In this document: piece by piece, positions 27,101 to 39,100 of the stretch | How the letters are laid out: each line of letters starts with the position of its first letter | How positions within the stretch are numbered: position 1 is the stretch's first letter | Origin: Nemertoderma westbladi | Lineage: Eukaryota > Animalia > Xenacoelomorpha | Length of the DNA stretch: 64,000 nucleotides | NCBI GenBank assembly: GCA_032718475.1 | Contig: JAUCBJ010001945.1 | Span: 1 to 64,000, forward strand | Reading direction: 5' to 3' | The notes under the pieces: generated by a model | The model's input: only the letters and a program-made list of their open reading frames with translations | Told to the model about the DNA's origin: nothing | Databases searched by the model: none | Translations under genes and position numbers: made by a program

Positions 27101-30100
27101 TGTCAGTGACACAACTTTTATCTTCCCTTAGGTTACTGGCTACATCTATTCCAACCTGGCAGTGACACAACTTTTATCTTCCTTAGGTTACTGGCTACAT
27201 CTATTCCAACCTGTCAATGACACAACTTTTATCTTCCCTTAGGTTACTGGTTACATCGATTCCAACATGTCAGTGACACAACTTTTATCTTCCCTTAGGT
27301 TACTGGCTACATCTATTCCAACCTGTCAGTGACACAACTTTTATCTTCCCTTAGGTTACTGGCTACATCTATTCCAACCTGTCAATGACACAACTTTTAT
27401 CTTCCCTTAGGTTACTGGCTACATCTATTCCAACCTGTCAGTGACACAACTTTTATCTTCCCTTAGGTTACTGGCTACATCTATTCCAACCTGTCAGTGA
27501 CACAACTTTTATCTTCCCTTAGGTTACTGGCTACATCTATTCCAACCTGTCAATGACACAACTTTTATCTTCCCTTAGGTTACTGGTTACATCTATTCCA
27601 ACCTATCTGTGACACAACTTTTATCTTCCCTTAGGTTACTGGCTACATCTATTCCAACCTGTCAGTGACACAGCTTTTATCTTCCCTTAGGTTACTGGCT
27701 ACATCTATTCCAACCTGTCAATGACACAACTTTTATCTTCCCTTAGGTTACTGGCTACATTTATTCCAACCTGTCAGTGACACAACTTTTATCTTCCCTT
27801 AGGTTACTGGCTACATCGATTCCAACATGTCAGTGACACAACTTTTATCTTCCCTTAGGTTACTGGCTACATCTATTCCAACCTGGCAGTGACACAACTT
27901 TTATCTTCCCTTAGGTTACTGGCTACATCTATTCCAACCTGGCAGTGACACAACTTTTATCTTCCTTAGGTTACTGGCTACATCTATTCCAACCTGTCAG
28001 TGACACAACTTTTATCTTCCCTTAGGTTACTGGCTACATCTATTCCAACCTGTCAATGACACAACTTTTATCTTCCCTTAGGTTACTGGTTACATCGATT
28101 CCAACATGTCAGTGACACAACTTTTATCTTCCCTTAGGTTACTGGCTACATCTATTCCAACATGTCAGTGACACAACTTTTATCTTCCCTTAGGTTACTG
28201 GCTACATCTATTCCAACCTGGCAGTGACACAACTTTTATATTCCTTAGGTTACTGGCTACATCTATTCCAACCTGTCAGTGACACAACTTTTATCTTCCC
28301 TTAGGTTACTGGCTACATCTATTCCAACCTGTCAGTGACACAACTTTTATCTTCCCTTAGGTTACTGGCTACATCTATTCCAACCTGTCAGTGACACAAC
28401 TTTTATCTTCCCTTAGGTTACAGGCTACATCTATTCCAACCTGTCAGTGACACAGCTTTTATCTTCCCTTAGGTTACTGGCTACATCTATTCCAACCTGT
28501 CAGTGACACAGCTTTTATCTTCCCTTAGGTTACTGGCTACATCTATTCCAACCTGGCAGTGACACAACTTTTATCTTCCTTAGGTTACTGGCTACATCTA
28601 TTCCAACCTGTCAGTGACACAACTTTTATCTTCCCTTAGGTTACTGGCTACATCTATTCCAACCTGTCAGTGACACAACTTTTATCTTCCCTTAGGTTAC
28701 TGGCTACATCTATTCCAACCTGTCAGTGACACAACTTTTATCTTCCCTTAGGTTACTGGCTACATCTATTCCAACCTGTCAGTGACACAACTTTTATCTT
28801 CCCTTAGGTTACTGGCTACATCTATTCCAACCTGTCAGTGACACAACTTTTATCTTCCCTTAGGTTACTGGCTACATCTATTCCAACCTGTCAGTGACAC
28901 AACTTTTATCTTCCCTTGGGTTACTGGCTACATCTATTCCAACCTGTCAGTGACACAGCTTTTATCTTCCCTTAAGTTACTGGCTACATCTATTCCAACC
29001 TGTCAGTGACACAGCTTTTATCTCCCCTTAGGTTACTGGCTACATCTATTCCAACCTGTCAGTGACACAGCTTTTATCTTCCCTTAGGTTACTGGCTACA
29101 TCTATTCCAACCTGTCAGTGACACAGCTTTTATATCCCCTTAGGTTACTGGCTACATCTATTCCAACCTGTCAGTGACACAACTTTTATCTTCCCTTAGG
29201 TTACTGGCTACATCTATTCCAACCTGTCAGTGACACAGCTTTTATCTTCCCTTAGGTTACTGGCTACATCTATTCCAACCTGTCAGTGACACAACTTTTA
29301 TCTTCCCTTAGGTTACTGGCTACATCTATTCCAACCTGTCAGTGACACAACTTTTATCTTCCCTTAGGTTACTGGCTACATCTATTCCAACCTGTCAGTG
29401 ACACAGCTTTTATTGTTGTTATATTTCTAACGATTTTGGTATCTTTTATATCGGCTGCGGCTCTTTCCCATCTGATTATCTTCCACATGTACCTCAGTAA
29501 GTATTTAGTCTATGTAATAAGTTGTACTCATTGAATTTACATTATCGACTCATTGAGTTTACATTATCGACTCATTTAGTTTACATTATTGACTCATTTA
29601 TAGTATTTTCATTCACAGCTCTATATTATTATTGCACTTTCAGTGTATTACCAGATGACAACTTACGAGTTCTTCACCAGTCGACAGGCGTCACTGAAAC
29701 CTGCTACAGGCGCAGCTGGTAGTAGCCAATCACAGGGGTCTCTCCAAGATCAGCAGCGACCGCAAGTAAAGGATTACTCAGCGCGGTCCGAGGTAAGATA
29801 GTGCCCAGCTGCATCACGGCCCAAGGTCAGTTAGTTTCCAGCTGCATCGCAGTAAGTTAATGCCCAGCTGCACAGAGGTTCGAGGTCAGTTAGTGCCCAG
29901 CTGCATCGCGGTTCGAGTTACGTTAGGGCCCAGCTGCATCGCGGTTCGAGTAAAGTTATTGCCCAGCTGCATCGCGGTATGTTAGTACCCAGCTGCATCG
30001 CTGCCCGATGTAAGATAGTGACCAGCTACATCGGGTTCGAGTTAAGTTAGGGCCCAGCTGCATCGCGGTTCGAGTTACGTTAGTGCCCAGCTGCATCGCG

Positions 30101-33100
30101 GTCCGAGGTAAGTTATTGCCCAGCTGCATCGCGGTATGTTAATGTCCAGCTGCATCGCGGTTCGAGTTACGTTAGTGCCCAGCTGCATCGCGGTTCGATG
30201 TAAGTTAGTGCCAGCTGCATCACGCCAGCTGCACTGAGGTTCGAGGTAAGTTAGTACCCAGCTGCATCGCGGTTCGAGTTACGTTAGTGCCCAGCTGCAT
30301 CGCGGTTCGAGTTACGTTAGTGCCCAGCTCCATCGCGGCCCGAGGTTAGGTAGTTCCCAGCTGCATCGCAGTCATCTCTGCAAGCAGTCGTCTCACCTTA
30401 CCATGTGGGACGTGAAGCCCTCGAATAAACAATCAGTGGATTGGTTTACATACTGGTGAGCATCGGAAGTAACTACTTACCCATCCGTAATCGCATTGAT
30501 TGAGTCACAATGTTGTCTGTTTCTGAGTTTCCCTTTAATGGTGTTGAATGGGTGGACGTTTGCTTGTTTAAATATTTTAAAATTTAATTTTTATCTCCAC
30601 AGGACATGACAACGAATGCCCGAGACGGGAAACAATTTCACGACGAAGTTGACCAACCTCCGAAGGTAGAAGAACTAGACAGTGGTAGATTAGATTTGGA
30701 GTCTGTGACCTCCAGCATGAGGAGTCGTGTTGTAGGTGAGTGTCTGTTCTGTCGCAGCTGATGGATCCGGTAATCTACCTGCTTCTATCTACAGTGTAGT
30801 TCTGGATATATAAAGTATCCTGGGTCACGCTGAGATGACATAAACTGCACGCCGTGTGACCAGCCTTCACGTAGTTAAACTGCACGCCGTATGTGTCCAG
30901 CCTTGACGTAGTTAAACTGCACGCCGTATGTGTCCACCCTTGGTGTAGTTAAACTGCTCGCCGTATGTGTCCAGCCTTGGTGTAGTTAAACTGTACGCCG
31001 TATGTGTCCAGCCTTGGTGTAGTTAAACTGCACGCCGTGTGACCAGCCTTGACGTAGTTAAACTGCACGCCGAATGTGTCCACCCTTGGCGTAGTTAAAC
31101 TGCACACCGTCTGTGTCCGGCCTTGGTGTAGTGAAACTGCACGCCGTATGTGTCCAGCCTTGGCGTAGTTAAACTGCACGCCGTATGTGTCCAACCTTGG
31201 CGTAGTTAAACTGCACGCCGTATGTGTCCAGCCTTGACGTAGTTAAACTTCACGCCGTATGTGTCCAACCTTGGCGTAGTTAAACTGCACGCCGTATGTG
31301 TCCAGCCTTGGCGTAGTTAAACTGCACGCCGTATCTGCTATCCCCAACATTATTCAATTTGTATACCGGAAGCATTCACTCAGGACTTGAATCCACTGAA
31401 CACGGATGTTATGTGCACAATACATGGCTTGGGGTGATATGTTATGCCGACGACATCTTGGTCATTGGCACAGCCGCCTCGGAGGTAGAGTTTCTTGTCG
31501 GGCGGGTCGTATCGGGCCTAAACGAGATCACCCTTGACATTGAACAGACAAAAACTAAGTGGATCATCTGCCGAGGGAAAAAGTGTACGGACACTGCGAC
31601 ACCAACATTCCTTAACATAAATGGGACCCTAGTACCCGCAAAGCCATCATTAACATTCTTGGGTTTCAAATTCACATCTGCATCGAATAGACTGGCCGAC
31701 TGCATTCGAATAATCGCTTCAGCCGCCGACACATTTCATAGAAACAGTTGGACCGTTCGTTGGCTGCATACCGACATCCTTAGTCACTTATGGAAGGTAA
31801 TCGGCATCCCCAACATTTTATATAGCTTAAAGTTCCTTATTGGTTAGTTATCATCCAGCGACATAGCGCCTTAGATGTCTACTACAGAAAAATCCTTCGT
31901 GGCCTACTGTGTCTTGGGACGTACGTCAATAATCACACCATTCTCAGTATACTGCATTGCAAACCGATATCTACGGAAGCGTTCTTCTGCCTCAATTGGT
32001 ACAATAACCCGATGTACACGATGTCCAAATCCAACACTGCAATCCATCCTATGAATATCTTTGCAAACCCACTCTGATCCTCACTCCAGCTATGTTGGTC
32101 TCGGCAGCTCTTACAGTAAATGCAACAATTTGTATCCGATGCCGCACATCTCTTCTCTCCTCACCTTCCAGTATAATAAGGAAGCATTGTTGTCAAGGAT
32201 GAATTGTGGTTCGATGTCAACAAGCGATCGTATAAAAATGGATCTCATCACGAATTATTACAACCTCCAGAATAAATCATTCTCATCTAGGCACTCTCGC
32301 ATCCTTGAGTTCTTCAACGCGATATAGACACCGACCCTACTAAGCACTATCATATATAAGTATCATTATGTTCCTTGTGGTGCTGGGCACGCTGGTATTA
32401 CGGGATGTTTGTTTCCAACAACCCCCCCCCCCCCCCCCCCCCCCCCCCAACCCCACTCGTTAACATAATATAACTAGTACTGATACGATTGACTGACGTA
32501 TTGGATAATGTGCAATAGGATTATCGTGCGTATGTTAATCATATATTTCATGTGTGCTGCCCAACGTGTATATAGAATTCGGTTCCGCCTGATTTTATTT
32601 CTGCCTTATTTCACATTTTATTTCTATGTTGTTTTGTTGTTTATAATCATGACAAATAAATAATTTTAATATATGGCGCCACCGTGCGGCCGCAATACGT
32701 ATGAATGAATGAATGTATTTTTTTTTATTGACGTTTTTCTATGTTGTTTCACAGCTGTCCCATCTCCAGCCCCTGTTGCTCAATATGAATTATTTCACCA
32801 GAAAGAAGCCGCTGTAAATCAACCATCGCGAATAATATCGCATCCAATGAAGGCCAAATCAGAAACCTTCCCACCCACGCATACGGAAATGGATTACAGG
32901 TTTGGAGTTTTAAATTATTTTGTTAAAAAATCTGCGCAAAATATATTCAGGAGCTTCGTACCAATAATTATTAACGTGACGTAACACACCACATATTGTT
33001 TTCAGTATCACTGTAATAAAATGTTCCTCAACAATATAAATACGGCCGGAGGCGACCCGAAGGCTCCTCTTTCGATAGCTGCTACCCGAGCGTACCGTAG

Positions 33101-36100
33101 GGGTGGGCGCTACTCCTATCTGCTACCCGAGGGTGGGTAGGGGTGGGCGCTACTCCTATCTGCTACCCGAGGGTGGGTAGGGGTGGGCGCTACTCCTATC
33201 TTCTACCCGAGGGTGGGTAGGGGTGGGCGCTACTCCTATCTGCTACCCGAGGGTGGGTAGGGGTGGGCGCTACTCCTATCTGCTACCCGAGGGTGGGTAG
33301 GGGTGGGCGCTACTCCTATCTGCTACCCGAGGGTAGGGGTGGGCGTTACTCCTAGCTGCTACCCGAGGGTAAGGGTGGGCGCTACTCCTATCTGCTTACC
33401 GAAGGTAGGGGTGGGCGCTTCACCTATCTGCTACCCAGGGATAGGGGTGGGCGCTACTCCTATCTGCTACCCGAAGGTAGGGGTGGGCGCTACTCCTATC
33501 TGCTACCCGAGGGTAGGGGTGGGCGCTACTCCTAGCTGCTACCCGAGGGTAAGGGTGGGCGCTACTCCTATCTGCTAACCGAAGGTAGGGGTGGGCGCTT
33601 CACCTATCTGCTACCCAGGGATAGGGGTGGGCGCTACTCCTATCTGCTAACCGAGGGTATGGGTGTGCGGTACTCCTATCTGCTACCCAATGGTAGGGGT
33701 GGGCGCTACTCCTATCTGCTATGCTAACCAAAGGTTGGGGTGGGCGCTACTCCTATCTGCTAACCGAAGGTAGGGGTGGGCGCTACTCCTATATGCTACC
33801 CGAAGGTAGGGGTGGGCGCTACTCCTATCTGCTAACCGAGGGTAGGGGTTGGCGCTTCACCTATCTGCTACCCAAGGGTAGGGGTGGGCGCTACTCCTAT
33901 CTGCTACCCAAGGGTAGGGGTGGGCGCTACTCCTATCTGCTACCCGAGGGTAGGGGTGGGCGCTACTCCTATCTGCTACCCAAGGGTTGAGGTGGGCGCT
34001 ACTCCTATCTGCTACCCGAGGGTAGGGGTGGGCGCTACTCCTATCTGCTACCCGAGGGTAGGGGTGGGCGCTACTCCTATCTGCTAACCGAGGGTAGGGG
34101 TGGGCGCTTCACCTATCTACTACCCAAGGGTAGGGGTGGGCGCTACTCCTATCTGCTAACCGAGGGTATGGGTGTGCGCTACTCCTATCTGCTAGCCAAG
34201 GGTAGGGGTGGGCGCTACTCCTATCTGCTATGCTAACCAAAGGTTGGGGTGGGCGCTACTCCTATCTGCTACCCGAGGGTAGGGGTGGGCGCTACTCCTA
34301 TCTGCTAACCGAGGGTATGGGTGTGCGCTACTCCTATCTGCTACCCAAGGGTAGGGGTGGGCGCTACTCCTATCTGCTATGCTAACCAAAGGTTGGGGTG
34401 TGCGCTACTCCTATCTGCTAACCGAAGGTAGGGGTGGGCGCTACTCCTATATGCTACCCGAAGGTAGGTGTGGGCGCTACTCCTAGCTGCTAACCGAAGG
34501 TAGGGGTGGGCGCTACTCCTATATGCTACCCGAGGGTAGGGGTGGGCGCTACTCCTATATGCTACCCGAGGGTAGGGGTGGGCGCTACTCCTATCTGCTA
34601 CCCGAGGGTAGGGGTGGGCGCTACTCCTATATGCTACCCGAGGGTAGGGGTGGGCGCTACTCCTATATGCTTCCCGAGGGTAGGGGTGGGCGCTTCACCT
34701 ATCTGCTACCCAAGGATAGGGGTGGGCGCTAATCCTATCTGCTAACCGAAGGTAGGGGTGGGCGCTACTCCTATATGCTACCCGAAGGTAGGGGTGGGCG
34801 CTACTCCTATCTGCTAACCGATGGTAGGGGTGGGCTGGGCGCTTCACCTATCTGCTACCCAAGGGTAGGGGTGGGCGCTACTCCTATCTGCTACCCAAGG
34901 GTAGGGGTGGGCGCTACTCCTATCTGCTACCCAAGGGTAGGGGTGGGCGCTACTCCTATCTGCTACCCAAGGGTTGGGGTGGGCGCTACTCCTATATGTT
35001 ACCCGAAGGTAGGGGTGGGCGCTACTCCTATCTGCTAACCGAGGGTAGGGGTGGGCGCTTCACCTATCTGCTACCCAAGGGTAGGGGTGGGCGCTACACC
35101 TATCTGCTAACCGAGGGTATGGGTGTGCGCTACTCCTATCTGCTAGCCAAGGGTAGGGGTTGGCGCTACTCCTATCTGCTATGCTAACCAAAGGTTGGGG
35201 TGGGCGCTACTCCTATCTGCTACCCGATGGTAGGGATGGGCGCTACTCCTATCTGCTAACCGAGGGTATGGGTGTGCGCTACTCCTATCTGCTACCCGAA
35301 GGGTAGGGGTGGGCGCTACTCCTATCTGCTACTCCGAAGGTAGGGGTGGGCGCTACTCCTATCTGCTACCCGAAGGTAGGGGTGGGCGCTACTCCTATAT
35401 GCTACCCGAAGGTAGGGGTGGGCGCTACTCCTATCTGCTACCCGAAGGTAGGGGTGGGCGCTACTCCTATATGCTACCCGAGGGTAGGGGTGGGCGCTAC
35501 TCCTATATGCTACCCGAGGGTAGGGGTGGGCGCTACTCCTATCTGCTACCCGAGGGTAGGGGTGGGCGCTACTCCTATATGCTACCCGAGGGTAGGGGTG
35601 GGCGCTACTCCTATATGCTACCCGAGGGTAGGGGTGGGCGCTTCACCTATCTGCTACCCAAGGATAGGGGTGGGCGCTACTCCTATATGCTACCCGAGGG
35701 TAGGGGTGGGCGCTACTCCTATCTGCTACCCGAGGGTAGGGGTGGGCGCTACTCCTATATGCTACCCGAGGGTAGGGGTGGGCGCTACTCCTATATGCTA
35801 CCCGAGGGTAGGGGTGGGCGCTACTCCTATCTGCTACCCGAGGGTAGGGGTGGGCGCTACTCCTATATGCTACCCGAGGGTAGGGGTGGGCGCTACTCCT
35901 ATATGCTACCCGAGGGTAGGGGTGGGCGCTACTCCTATCTGCTACCCGAGGGTAGGGGTGGGCGCTACTCCTATATGCTACCCGAGGGTAGGGGTGGGCG
36001 CTACTCCTATCTGCTACCCGAGGGTAGGGGTGGGCGCTACTCCTATCTGCTACCCGAGGGTAGGGGTGGGCGCTACTCCTATATGCTACCCGAGGGTAGG

Positions 36101-39100
36101 GGTGGGCGCTACTCCTATATGCTTCCCGAGGGTAGGGGTGGGCGCTACTCCTATCTGCTACCCAAGGATAGGGGTGGGCGCTACTCCTATCTGCTAACCG
36201 AAGGTAGGGGTGGGCGCTACTCCTATATGCTACCCGAAGGTAGGGGTGGGCGCTACTCCTATCTGCTAACCGAGGGTAGGGGTGGGCTGGGCGCTACTCC
36301 TATCTGCTACCCAAGGGTAGGGGTGGGCGCTACTCCTATCTGCTACCCAAGGGTAGGGGTGGGCGCTACTCCTATCTGCTACCCAAGGGTAGGGGTGGGC
36401 GCTACTCCTATCTGCTACCCAAGGGTATGGGGTGGGCGCTACTCCTATATGCTACCCGAAGGTAGGGGTGGGCGCTACTCCTATCTGCTAACCGAGGGTA
36501 GGGGTGGGCGCTTCACCTATCTGCTACCCAAGGGTAGGGGTGGGCGCTACACCTATCTGCTAACCGAGGGTATGGGTGTGCGCTACTCCTATCTGCTAGC
36601 CAAGGGTAGGGGTTGGCGCTACTCCTATCTGCTATGCTAACCAAAGGTTGGGGTGGGCGCTACTCCTATCTGCTACCCGATGGTAGGGATGGGCGCTACT
36701 CCTATCTGCTAACCGAGGGTATGGGTGTGCGCTACTCCTATCTGCTAGCCAAGGGTAGGGGTGGGCGCTACTCCTATCTGCTATGCTAACCAAAGGTTGG
36801 GGTGGGCGCTACTCCTATCTGCTACCCGAGGGTAGGGGTGGGCGCTACTCCTATCTGCTAACCGAGGGTATGGGTGTGCGCTACTCCTATCTGCTACCCA
36901 AGGGTAGGGGTGGGCGCTACTCCTATCTGCTATGCTAACCAAAGGTTGGGGTGTGCGCTACTCCTATCTGCTAACCGAAGGTAGGGGTGGGCGCTACTCC
37001 TATATGCTACCCGAAGGTAGGGGTGGGCGCTACTCCTAGCTGCTAACCGAAGGTAGGGGTGGGCGCTACTCCTATATGCTACCCGAGGGTAGGGGTGGGC
37101 GCTACTCCTATATGCTACCCGAGGGTAGGGGTGGGCGCTACTCCTATCTGCTACCCGAGGGTAGGGGTGGGCGCTACTCCTATATGCTACCCGAGGGTAG
37201 GGGTGGGCGCTACTCCTATATGCTTCCCGAGGGTAGGGGTGGGCGCTTCACCTATCTGCTACCCAAGGATAGGGGTGGGCGCTAATCCTATCTGCTAACC
37301 GAAGGTAGGGGTGGGCGCTACTCCTATATGCTACCCGAAGGTAGGGGTGGGCGCTACTCCTATCTGCTAACCGAGGGTAGGGGTGGGCTGGGCGCTTCAC
37401 CTATCTGCTACCCAAGGGTAGGGGTGGGCGCTACTCCTATCTGCTACCCAAGGGTAGGGGTGGGCGCTACTCCTATCTGCTACCCAAGGGTAGGGGTGGG
37501 CGCTACTCCTATCTGCTACCCAAGGGTTGGGGTGGGCGCTACTCCTATATGTTACCCGAAGGTAGGGGTGGGCGCTACTCCTATCTGCTAACCGAGGGTA
37601 GGGGTGGGCGCTTCACCTATCTGCTACCCAAGGGTAGGGGTGGGCGCTACACCTATCTGCTAACCGAGGGTATGGGTGTGCGCTACTCCTATCTGCTAGC
37701 CAAGGGTAGGGGTTGGCGCTACTCCTATCTGCTATGCTAACCAAAGGTTGGGGTGGGCGCTACTCCTATCTGCTACCCGATGGTAGGGATGGGCGCTACT
37801 CCTATCTGCTAACCGAGGGTATGGGTGTGCGCTACTCCTATCTGCTACCCAAGGGTAGGGGTGTGCGCTACTCCTATCTGCTATGCTAACCAAAGGTTGG
37901 GGTGGGCGCTACTCCTATCTGCTAACCGAAGGTAGGGGTGGGCGCTACTCCTATATGCTACCCGAAGGTAGGGGTGGGCGCTACTCCTAGCTGCTAACCG
38001 AAGGTAGGGGTGGGCGCTACTCCTATATGCTACCCGAGGGTAGGGGTGGGCGCTACTCCTATATGCTACCCGAGGGTAGGGGTGGGCGCTACTCCTATCT
38101 GCTACCCGAGGGTAGGGGTGGGCGCTGCTCCTATATGCTACCCGAGGGTAGGGGTGGGCGCTACTCCTATATGCTACCCGAGGGTAGGGGTGGGCGCTAC
38201 TCCTATATGCTACCCGGAGGTAGGGGTGGGCGCTACTCCTATCTGCTAACCGAGGGTAGGGGTGGGCGCTTCACCTATCTGCTACCCAAGGGTAGGGGTG
38301 GGCGCTACTCCTATCTGCTACCCGAGGGTAGGGGTGGGCGTTACTCCTATCTGCTACACAAGGGTAGGGGTGGGCGCTACTCCTATCTGCTACCCGAGGG
38401 TAGGGGTGGGCGTTACTCCTATCTGCTACACAAGGGTAGGGGTGGGCGCTACTCCTATCTGCTACCCGAGGGTAGGGGTGGGCGCTACTCCTATCTGCTA
38501 CCCGAGGGTAGGGGTGGGCGCTACTCCTATATGCTACCCGGAGGTAGGGGTGGGCGCTACTCCTATATGCTACCCGGAGGTAGGGGTGGGCGCTACTCCT
38601 ATATGCTACCCGGAGGTAGGGGTGGGCGCTACTCCTATCTGCTAACCGAGGGTAGGGGTGGGCGCTTCACCTATCTGCTACCCAAGGGTAGGGGTGGGCG
38701 CTACTCCAATCTGCTACCCGGAGGTAGGGGTGGGCGCTACTCCTATCTGCTAACCGAGGGTAGGGGTGGGCGCTACTCCTATCTGCTACCCGAGGGTAGG
38801 GGTGGGCGCTACTCCTATATGCTATCCGGAGGTAGGGGTGGGCGCTACTCCTATCTGCTAACCGAGGGTAGGGGTGGGCGCTTCACCTATCTGCTACCCA
38901 AGGGTAGGGGTGGGCGCTACTCCTATCTGCTACCCGGAGGTAGGGGTGGGCGCTACTCCTATCTGCTAACCGAGGGTAGGGGTGGGCGCTTCACCTATCT
39001 GCTACCCAAGGGTATGGGTGGGCGCTACTCCTATCTGCTACCCGAAGGTAGGGGTGGGCGCTACTCCTATCTGCTACCCAAGGGTAGGGGTGGGCGCTAC

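Noticed and set aside
19965-29413. CRISPR-like appearance of the 34- and 56-bp arrays
   Set aside because: Units abut with no unique spacers, there are no cas genes, and the context is eukaryotic.
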